In this document: piece by piece, positions 1 through 9,954 of the stretch | How positions within the stretch are numbered: the stretch's first letter is position 1 | How the letters are laid out: every line of letters begins with the position of its first letter | Assembly (NCBI GenBank): GCA_030704615.1 | Contig: CM060734.1 | Coordinates: 13,206,001-13,270,000, forward strand | Source: Takakia lepidozioides | Lineage: Eukaryota > Plantae > Bryophyta | Direction: 5' to 3' | DNA length: 64,000 bases | The notes under the pieces: model-generated | Told to the model about the DNA's origin: nothing | Databases searched by the model: none | The model's input: only the letters and a program-made list of their open reading frames with translations | Translations under genes and position numbers: made by a program

Positions 1-1419
1 TAAAGTAACCCCCAAAAAACAGAAAACCACCGGGGCACCAGAGGAGGCGCAGGAGGGGCCCCAAGGGAGTGACTCCGACGACGACTTTGTGCAAGGTCCT
101 GCGACTGCTGCTGCTACTACCAAGTCACCGGTCGTCCGGGTTCCCACTCAGTTCGGACTGGGACTGGCTCTGCCAAGAAGTTGGCATTTGAGGGCGAGCC
201 TACACGGCGGTATTCGGCGGTGACGTTTCCGCAAAGGCTAAAGTTAGAATCCCCAACTATCATCCAATGCGTCAATGAGAGCTTTCTTGATGCTCTGGCT
301 GCCAGGGCGAAGAAGGTGGCACACAACAAGTCTCTGGAGGAGCTGAAGGGGAAAGCCAAGAAGAGGGCTGCTGCTACAGAGCCTAAAGACACCCCTGGTT
401 TGGAAGCCATGATGGAATTCTTCACGGCTGTGAGCACGGATTGCAAGAGCACTCGGGGGGGGGTTGAGGTGGAGAGAGCCTGTGATATGATTCTCCTCGA
501 TATTCTAGATGGGGAGCTGTTGGAGGGCCTGGATGGTGTGCCCACCTGGAACAGGTTTACGGAGGACTACTGGAGAGCCGGGTTTGGGCTGGCGGGGATG
601 CTCCTGGATGACGGTGGATGTATGGTGGTCCTTGCCACAAGAGGGAAGACCACAAAGAATGTTGTGGCAAGGTGGACACCAAAAAGTGTCACCCCGGTCC
701 TCCTGAAAAAATGGTTCTGCATCAATACGCAGGGGTTGCGAACAGAGGGTCAGAGTGTAAGTTATCAATCTATTGCATTCACTTCATATTGTGGTGTATC
801 TAAACTAGACCCTGGAGTGGATCCCTCTTTTGTTGGATGTGCAGACATTGGTGTTTGAGGCATATTGTTTTGTGAAGAGAGGGTCTACGTTCAAATTCCG
901 CAATGACGGTCGTCTTGTTGATGCCGTTGTGGACCCTGTTACCTACGATGTCCTCTACAACTATGTGCCCCAATCCAGTATGCCGAAGGACACAAAGACA
1001 GGCAAACCATGGCGGTACAGCCGGACCCGGAGCCCTGCTTTCATCCAAACCCTCATGGAGACGTGCTCGGATGTCCAAGGGCGGATTCTTGACCTCACAT
1101 GCGGCACGGGTAAGCCTTCACGTGCACATTTTGTCCCCTGGCCCGATTGCAATTGCATGCCGCATGCTACTAACCACCCGCTTTGTCCCTCAGGTGCTTC
1201 AATGTGGGCAGGGACGTTGTCTGACAGGCATGTCTTTGCCTTCGCCTTGCAATAAAATGTTGCATTTCATTGCTATGACGAGTCCACTGGTGCCACATTC
1301 CAACTTCACATGACCCTATTTCCGTGCCTCCTAACCCTATTTCCGTGGACACACAATGGTCCGCTCATGCTCTTTTTTTTTCCACTCATGCTCATGCCGC
1401 TCATGAAATAGCAGCCCCC
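1..1419 (+). mobile_element. Copy 1 (3' part) of a repeated element carrying an amino-methyltransferase-like gene; runs off the left window edge
   Basis: Bases ~60-1419 recur nearly identically in inverted orientation at 18912-20285. Both copies end at the same terminus (...GCTCATGAAATAGCAGCCCCC) next to unrelated sequence (LINE here, Gypsy there). Confidence 0.75.
73..1255 (+). pseudogene. C-terminal part of a spliced beta-class N6-adenine/N4-cytosine DNA methyltransferase-like gene (exons ..756, 845-1109, 1194-1255)
   Basis: GT-AG introns 757-844 (gtaagt...gcag) and 1110-1193 (gtaagc...TACTAAC...cctcag) join ORFs 181-858 and 830-1255 in frame. The product has DMILLDILDG (DPPY-type motif IV position; DIPDG in the other copies) followed by RSPAFIQTLMETCSDVQGRILDLTCGTGASMWAGTLSDRHVFAF (motif X-I, FxGxG-like). 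Confidence 0.7.
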
Positions 1420-2275
1420 AGGGTGGGGGCGGTGCTAGCCTGGAAGTGAGTTTTGAATGAGGTGATGTTGCGTAGGGGTAGTGATGAGAGGATCATGGGT
1501 TGGGGGGGTGGGGTGTGTAAGCTGTTGATGTGTATATGGCTCGTGAGATTTGAGGGGATTGCCACGTGGGTTTTCTGATAGAATCCGTCTATAAGGCTTA
1601 ATGAGAAGTAGTTTAGTCCGCCTTGTCTAGAATAGTGTTGGTCAGTAGGGATGTATTTAAGTTGATGTTGTGTAGTAAATTTAGCCCATTCATGCTCTGA
1701 TGGGGTGGGAGGTTTGTGTGCACCGTTGTATGTGTGACCCAGGAGGGCGTTGTCTCTGTTGAAGTCTCCTGCTAGTATGATATGGTGGTGCTGGTGTTCG
1801 GGGTTAGTGATTGTATTGGATATTGTGCTTAGTATTTCTGGTATAATTGGTAGGTCCTCTGTGTGGGATGGCATATATATATGGATGAGGATAATGGGGC
1901 ATAGGGCTGGTAGATGCAACTGGATAATTTGGAGATGGGAGCAGAGAGGAATGGGGATAGTGATTTTAGTGGTGGTGCTAGGGGAGTGGTGCATACGCAG
2001 GATGCCTAATGCGACCCCGCCTCTAGTGGGTTTGTATGGTGCTGAACGCCGCATAATGCATTGTGGGGCAGTGAAGGGTATACCGTATAGTAGGTAGTAA
2101 TCCGGTAGTAGCTTGTTTATGTAGGAGCTATTAGTATCATGGGTGTGTAACTTGGTTTCTTGTAGTAGAATAATGTGCGGGGTGGAGTCTGCTAGGAGGT
2201 GGATAAGGCTTTGGATACTTGTGGCAAGGGACCTGACGTTCCATGAGGTGATGTTGAGAGAGTGTAGTGTGAATG
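1420..2275 (-). mobile_element. LINE fragment: apurinic/apyrimidinic endonuclease (APE) domain
   Basis: Minus-strand translation gives NITSWNVRSL, HIILLQETKL, RGGVALGI, HIILAGDFNRD and SLIDGFY, the EEP/APE motifs of LINE ORF2. It is cut off at 1420 by the element terminus. Confidence 0.85.
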
Positions 2276-4700
2276 CAGGGGAGTAACATTAAAAAATTTG
2301 TTGTTACTTGTTCAGCTTCTGCATTTCTACAGGACAGGGGATCTGATACCGGCGGGAAGGAATTTGAGCTATCCTTGTGAGGTTATTAGGAACAACATGG
2401 GAACATTGGGAAACGCTTGGCCAGGATATAGCCTAAGTACCTACGATTATTCGTCCATCCATGCTTTATCATCCATGAGTATGAACGAATGGCCAGGTGT
2501 GCTTCTCATCCGAGTGATGAATGAACTTCATCTATGCGCGATGGCAGGGAATGCCCTATGGGGTGCCATGAGCAGAAGAACGAGCAAGAGTGCGTGTAAC
2601 AGGGAGTGCGGGAAGAAAAACACTTGGAGGATTCTGCTGCGGGAAATGGAATGAGCAGGGAGAGTAGGAAGAAACACAAAGAGGAGATTTTGCTGTGAGT
2701 CAATGGTGCCGCCATCTTCGTGGTAATAATCAAATTCTGGAGGAGATACTTGCAGGGAGATTGGGTAGCTTAGGGCTTGCTGGAGGATGATCGTACAGGG
2801 AATAGCTTGGAAGAGTTGTGCTCAAGCCAGGTGAAGGGAGGCGGTGCTGTCACTGATCTTGTGCAACCACCAGAGCCGCCATTGCCTTGATGAACATAAT
2901 CATGGGAGGATGAGCTTGCAAGGGAAACGGCCAGCCGCCAGAGAACAGGGAGGTGGGGTTGCTGGCACAATCAATGGTGAGTTAGGATGAGGAGCAGCTC
3001 GACATAACGAGCATCTGCCAGAGCGAATGAAGGATTGGCTTGTGGATGGTGACTCAGGTTATATGTAAGTAAGGAGGTAAAGAGTGGAATGTACAGATGC
3101 AGGAAGCTTTCAGATATCTTCTTGCTATAAGATCATATCAGATCTTAGGGTAGGTTTGCTTAGATAGTGAGGTAGGGTAGTTAGTTGGCAAGCTACAGGG
3201 GTGTTGCCATAGGCTGAAGCAGGGCCGTCATGACTTAATGAACGCTGGAATTGTCAAATCCAGACGAGAAGAGGAGTTAAGGTAGCTGCTGACGGAGATG
3301 GTGAGGTGCCATTTTGGGCAAGCAGACCCACCGCTTCACCTGGAGTATAAGACAGATAAGTTTGTAGACACGAGGCTTCTTCTTTTTGACACTTAGGAAT
3401 CGTTGTTGTGAAATTTTGGTAGAGACTCTCAAACTGAGAGCGTGATGAGGACAGGAAAAAGACTTTTGAAAATGGAATGGAGACTCTGGACTTCAAACCA
3501 GGATGGGGTGGAGATGAATGGATCTGATGCACATGTCTGTAGGAGTGCTGATGGAGGGCAGATGTAGTTCACCCACAGTGACAGAATGCTTGTTGTTTGT
3601 TTTGTTTTTGTTCCTTTGGCTTCAGTATCATGAATCTGCATACAATGCGGCTCTGGGATTTTGATTATCAGATGTAAATGCAATCCAGTGTAGTTGATGT
3701 GAGCACTAGTGAGGGTTAGCTGTAATATCTTGAAATCATAAAGAGGAAGAGGTGGATGGCTCGATACAAAGAGTAGGGCACGTTGAATGAATATGCTTGC
3801 ACACTGTAAGGCAATCAGATTCCAAGTTTAATTACTAGAGGTGGATGGGGCTGCAAACTGACACTGATGTAGAGTTTAGAACTGGTTCAGAGTGGACTCA
3901 ACATTTGAACTCTGTTGGTTCAAATCTAAAAGTGCAAAAGTGAGTTGTTGGGGTGTGTAGATGCAGATCTGTAGAAGGGTTGGGAATTGACTGACAAACT
4001 GGGTTGTCCCTGGAGGCAAACAGTGTGAAGGGTCTATTTTGGGTGAGAGAAAGACTGATGGAAGAGCTGATCATGTCTTGTGTGACCAAGGTTTGATTCC
4101 AAGGCTGGATTCACTGGATACATGGCTGAATGTGTTTGCATTGCATGTAGATAGGCTGCTGGTTGGAAGAAAAATGAGCCAGGGAATTTTACAGCAGGAA
4201 GGAGAGAGAAAAGGTTTGGGAAGGGAGAGAGCTGCTCATTAAAAGGGGTAATGAGGGATGGTCAACTGGGAGATAGAGGAGAAACCATGACATCTGCAAA
4301 GAATCACTAGGCCTGTAATTCATGGCAGATCTGAGTTGCCTTTCTCTTATCAGTGATCTCATTACAAAAGGGGTTTCAACGTGTGTTGCTCAAGGGTGAT
4401 GCCCACATGGGTCGCATTTAGCTCCGTCATAGGGCTAGTTGTATCACTGAAAACATCACAGCAGCACCATTGGTGCTGCAATTGTATAAAGATTGTGTAA
4501 ATCATGAACAAGAAGGATTCAATCCCCATCCATGTTTTCTCTTCCGCTTCGGCATGGATGAGGATTTATGAACTCTGATCATGAACGATAGGAGGGAAAC
4601 CCATAACCGTGTGCCGCTGGTAGATTGCTAGGTTGTTCTTTTTACTGGAAGAAGTATAGTTAGAATTACACAGAAGGGGATTTATGCCCCCTTCTTTTCA

Positions 4701-6900
4701 CACTACAAGAGTAAGTGCAGTTTATGGGGGGATGGTTAGGAGGAAGAGCTAACTCGGTTGTTTCGGTTGGGGTGGGTATAGGTGTGATTGGTAGGAGTGG
4801 TGGGAGTGTAGGGGGAGGTGGATACTCAAGGACAATGGGAGTGGTAGCTCGAAGGGTGGCAGATTATGATGATGTTGACGAATAATCGGTGCCGACTTTC
4901 CCCACGCGCGCAGAAACATAGGAGAAGTATTGGTAGTCGGTGCCAACTACCAACATCCTTGCCTTTGGGTAACTCGAAATAGTGGTAGACACCAAGGCGT
5001 TCCTATGCCTTTTTGTTGTTTCTCTGTTCATGGAGTAAAGGTGTGAAAATCACATTGCGGTTAATCGTTACCCTCAGTGCCAATTCAACAAAAACAAAGA
5101 AGAGGACATTGAAGTCGGCTCCGACTACCACCACATGGGGTGAGGAAAAATGTAGTGGGAAAATATATAGTCAGCAGCGACTATAGGCGAATTTCTCATT
5201 ACATAGCATGTTTCCGAAAAGTCGTTGCCAATTTCCACCACGCCAACAGAAATTGAGAACAACTCACAGTAGTCGGTGCCGACTACCACCAACCGGGACG
5301 ACAGGGTCGTTGGAATAAAAATGAAAATTGCAGTAGTAGGCCTCGCCATTGTGCATATGCGGCCGATTTATTCGTTCACACTGTAACATTTCCACTGCGA
5401 TACATCATCCTTATCTATTGAGGTTGACAGGGTCTTGGGTGCATGATGTTGACAATGCAAATGTGTCACTTAGAGAAGTCGACGTCGTATCTACAGAGGC
5501 ATACCCAAAATATTTAGTCACTTCCAGACATACTCATAAAGTACTTGCAAATGAACTTCTCCAACTGTACTCGCCGCTAGCTAATGCTCTCCTTTGTTAC
5601 CTTAGAACGTTGGCGGAAATCAGAAACATCTCATGGGACAGAATGGAAACAAACGAGACAAAGGAAATGAAACATTTCTTTAGCAGGAGGCCATAGAATC
5701 CCAAGCCATACTCTTTAACATCAACTTTGTAATGGCTGTGGGAAGCTTCCATACATAGGAGAGCACTAAAGACGACAGTGAGGCCAAAAGGCCGGGCAAA
5801 ACAATTCAACATGAAAATGCAACTCGACATTATTTCTCACAATCGACGCCGGCATAGGGGGCATGTGCCGTTCACCTGAACCCAGCTGTCAATGCATGCA
5901 CTGTGGAAGGAGTGCAGACACACACTGAGCATGCGTATAGTTTCTCCCAGTTGTGCCGACTGAAGGCAAATACTACATGAGTCCATTGCCTTAGTTTCCG
6001 CGGTCACAATAACTTGTTCAGCAGAACAGACATAAGAGTCAATGCAAACACCACTCCAATGGAAGTCCTCTTCCTCAACAACCTCCAATTCTTCAAAACC
6101 ATGTACAGGATACTCCCCAACTTCCTCCTCGTCCACACTCTCGTCGAATGACTCTGACTCCGAATCCAACGCACACCACCAAGGCAATCTGGATTCTAAG
6201 AAGGCAATGTAGTCGGCCATCCCTTCTTCGTATTCCGTGATGTTTACCAACTGAGGGGAGGCAAGCCTGCTCCCCACGTCTTCTTCCACCGCAGGAATTC
6301 CAACTGCTTGAAAATTGACATCAGGCGAATGTCCACTTTCACTCCCATGTTCCTCTGCACCTCTCCCCTCATCATTGTCATACCGCTCAACCACTCCACC
6401 TTCTTATGATTCCTGCGCTGGAGGATTGCCCTCACCTGTGTGAAGATGGCCTCTCACCATCGTGGAGGTAACGTCAGCGAATGTCGTTCCACAAAGTGGA
6501 ATGTCACCTGTTAAACAGAAACGTAGCCCTAACAAGACAAGGCCATCACTTTGGCTCCTTTATATTCTGTTTTCTACATGCACGAGCGGGAAAATGATTG
6601 CCGCAAATGTTTCCCACTCCCTCCAATGGCTATAGTCGTTGTCGACTACTTCTTAAGCGGCCATTGGATACTATTCCACAAAAAATAAATAACAAAGTTC
6701 CGAATGTCGAATGTGTCGATTTTAACCATGTTCAAAAAATCTTGTTTATTACAAAATTTCCTATTACCGCGGACCTATTACCGCGCATTTTTGTCGCACG
6801 CCTATACCCGTGTTGGAGGTCGCAGTGCCTATAGTCAGCACCGACTACCTATCCATTAAATTTTTTTTCTCATATAGTCTGCACCGACTATTTAGGTTTG
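4701..6900. mobile_element. Putative CACTA-type element remnant surrounding the RING ORF
   Basis: CACTACAAGA at 4701. Imperfect palindromes of type TAGTCGGTGCCGACTA occur at ~4885-5290 and again at ~6830-6890. No matching right TIR was found. Confidence 0.45.
5837..6394 (-). CDS. RING-H2 (C3H2C3) zinc-finger protein, putative E3 ubiquitin ligase, intronless
   Basis: C-terminal CSICLQSAQLGETIRMLSVCLHSFHSACIDSWVQVNGTCPLCR fits RING-H2 spacing. The N-terminus is acidic. The start codon is uncertain. Confidence 0.75.
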   Translation of the reverse strand: MVERYDNDEGRGAEEHGSESGHSPDVNFQAVGIPAVEEDVGSRLASPQLVNITEYEEGMADYIAFLESRLPWWCALDSESESFDESVDEEEVGEYPVHGFEELEVVEEEDFHWSGVCIDSYVCSAEQVIVTAETKAMDSCSICLQSAQLGETIRMLSVCLHSFHSACIDSWVQVNGTCPLCRRRL

Positions 6901-7039
6901 GCAACTCCCGAACCAAATCTCGTTAAACCACATCTGCGGTCTATGGGCCACAACGATGGCTATCATACCTATTTTTCACCTCAAAAGCAATGGGAAATTG
7001 CGTGGTGGCGGGCCAAAATCCGAGAATATTCCTTGGATT

Positions 7040-7104
7040 ATGCTCTGCTCATGCTTATATTTGCTCATGCTCATGCTCACTGCTCATGTAAAATCCGCAC
7101 CCCT
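7040..7104 (+). repeat. Isolated terminus related to the 1419/18912 element end
   Basis: GCTCATGCTCATGCTCACTGCTCATGTAAAATCCGCACCCC resembles CTCATGCTCATGCCGCTCATGAAATAGCAGCCCCC. Confidence 0.45.
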
Positions 7105-8152
7105 GCTCAGTCACTCCCCCCCCTACCTTTTCTTTCTTTCTTTGTTGCCCCCTCTCTCCCTCTCTGCTTTGTTTTGTTTTGTGAGCAGCACAAAAGAGAG
7201 GGAAGATACTTTTTGTCATGTCAAGACAAAGACAGGACCCCTAGGGTCATTGTCATGAAGAAGAAGAATAATCAGACATATCAGCCACTTAACAGTGGCA
7301 CCATCCATCAATCATCAAGCTAGAAAATCCAGAATTACATCCATGCACAGTAATGTGTTCATGTCAGTAATATTCATAACCCAAAGAGTATTTCACTGAT
7401 GCTGATTGACCACCAGTTATGATCAGGATACACATTCAGAGGTCTGGGTGGGATGGCGGGTACTTGGCCATATTTTGGCCTTGATGTGTTGCCGGTCAAA
7501 TGGTCATACATATTTACAATCCAGATTGATTGATGTCCGCAAGCTGTAATCCAAGCATACTTACTCAAACCCCATGGGTGTCATGGAGGGATTTTTTGAA
7601 AAAAACAAAAACAGAACTTGGATACCACAGATTTAAATACCTTGCCCTGCCAATATTTGTTTAAACTAGTCTGCAGCACAATTTGCCCCCACAGGGGAGG
7701 GGGATATGTCTGGTAATTTTTCCAGAATACCCCTATACCATTATTTTTTGCTACAGCTGAAAATCAAAGTTCATGACACAGCAAGGCAAAAATAAAGCAC
7801 TGCATACACACCCTGTGACAGTATATGACACTGTCAGCACACCCTATTCACATCATACCATATTTGACCATGTCATAACACCATGTCCAGGGGGTATTTC
7901 CACTTAACCACCTTGGCTGCCTCAAAAACCAGTCACCAAATATATTGTTGTCATATTTCAGTGTCAGCTGAATGGCCACAAGCAAAATCTTCACCATAGC
8001 ATCTTGCTAACAAAGCCATCCAGGTATACCATGGCTGTGATGGTTCTTTAACTTGGTGCGACTTCCCGATTTTTTTCATCCTGACGCGATGGGAAATGGT
8101 ATCTGTCTGCTGGGCTTAAGGTTGAGGTGGATGAATTTCATCCTGGAAGAGG

Positions 8153-8700
8153 CACTAGAAGAGAAACCGGCTTTTTCCACGGTTTTTTCCACACTTTTTG
8201 CTGTGGAATCAACCGCAATCCACACCTATCGTGGGTGTAAGAAATGACTAGTGCTTTCGGACACCCCGTGGACGGCCTGGCTCTCGGGTGGCCCTATGGA
8301 AAAGTCCACGGGTGGCTGAATCCACGGGTGGCTTTTTTCACGGGGTGAATGGATTTTTCCATGGGGCGACGTGTGCTTTGGTGAACACCGCCACGTGGAT
8401 CCTAGACGTACAAAGGGTGTGGACTTGTCCACACCGACGGGAAAATTATGCGACAGCCTGTCACCATGGCTTGACAACATCTGGGCAACGGTATGGACAC
8501 CACGTGTATTTTTGTCAAGGCGACACGTGGCATATTTTGGAGCAACTCTTGGTGTGGGTGTGGAGTATTTTACTGCCTATACTGTAGGTCATTCCACATA
8601 ACTGTGGAGAAGACCATAGCGGGTGTGAAATATACTACGGCCTACGTCGTAGGACATTCCACATAAATGTGGAGGATACCACAGTTCACCGTAGGTTGCT
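8153..8700 (+). mobile_element. CACTA-like 5' end with subterminal repeats
   Basis: CACTAGAAGAGAAA at 8153 is followed by many CCAC/GTGG palindromic units (TCCACGGGTGG, CCACGTGG) and a short direct repeat (GTAGGxCATTCCACATAA). Confidence 0.55.
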
Positions 8701-8874
8701 TGTGGTCAGTATCACGATCTAAAGACACCTAAACACAATTCCAAAGCATCACGGCAACAACCTGCTCATGACATGAAGAACTGACTAAGCATGGCCAGAA
8801 CAACAGATAGAATGAGCAGATGCAACGATAATTCAAAATTACATAAGTGCTTCATTGCCCAAATACACTTCAAT

Positions 8875-9950
8875 CTGACGATGACAGCCTAGATTTGTTC
8901 TAGGAAACACCCAACTCAACTTATCACACTAGTTCCTATGCTCAATTGCATCTGCTACTCTCTATAATCCAACAAGCATTCACCTTCTTGCCTCGATTGT
9001 CCCACCATTGACTAGGGTTAGAAAAGTATTCATTCCACAGCTTGTCCTCGTCTCTGTTACCTGTTTCTGGATACTTTCGTGTTGTCACATCGGCAGTATC
9101 ATGTCAAAGTCACTCCAAACTAGATTCACTCAACCAACTAACTTGCAGAATTCAACATGGAAAGTTAGGGGCGATTCTTATAAGAGGGAAAAACAGGGTG
9201 AAATGTGCTGAAGAAGATGCTTTCATTAGCAGTGCCTGATTATATCAATTGTGCCGCTGCTGCCAGTTGACCATCTACCCATGCAGGTTTCTGGTAGCTA
9301 TTGATCCACAGGGAATCACAGGTAATGTGGAGCTTGAAATCTGGCCCTCTTAGATGAATCTGGACCCACACTCTATCCCTGCTCCTTCAGCTATCCATGC
9401 CTCTGCACAAATCATGCATACCCTTTCCGTGCTGCTAGCAACTGACAATGAAAGCCTAGAATTGTTCTAGGAAACACCCAACTCAACTTATCACACTAGT
9501 TCCTATATTGCTCAATTGCATTTGCTACTCTCTGTAATCCAACAGGCATTTACCTTTTGCCTCGATTGTCCCACCATTGACTGGGGTCAGAAAAGTATTC
9601 ATTCCACAGCTCCTGGTCTCCTTGTCTGTGTTACCTGTTTCTGGATACTTTCCTGTTGTCACATTGGCAATATCAGTCAGTCACTCCAAACTATCAAAGG
9701 TTCACTCAACCAGCTAACTTGCAGAATTCAACATGAAAATTCAGGGCCGATCCTGATAAGAGGGAAAAACAGGGTGAAATGTGTTGAAGAAGGTGCCTTC
9801 ATTAGCAGTGCCTGAATTTATCAATTGTGTTGTTGCTGCTGCAACTTCCAGTTGACCATCTACCTATGCAGGTTGCTAGTAGCTATTGATTCATAGGGAA
9901 TCATAAGTAATCTTGTGCCTGAAATCTGGCCACACTCTATCCCTTCGCTT
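8875..9950 (-). pseudogene. OSB-like (organellar ssDNA-binding protein) PDF-motif exons in a ~570 bp tandem duplication
   Basis: Units start at ~8875 and ~9442. Minus-strand exons read LWNEYFSNPSQWWDNRGKK|gt and ag|IHLRGPDFKLHITCDSLWINSYQKPAWVDGQL, matching the WWDNR...PDFKHK...LW...PxWV PDF motif. The upstream unit has in-frame stops and a frameshift. Confidence 0.75.
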
Positions 9951-9954
9951 CTTT

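Noticed and set aside
2276-4500. Possible LINE ORF1/5' region upstream of the APE fragment
   Set aside because: Position is compatible, but there is no long ORF or recognisable motif, so it was not called.
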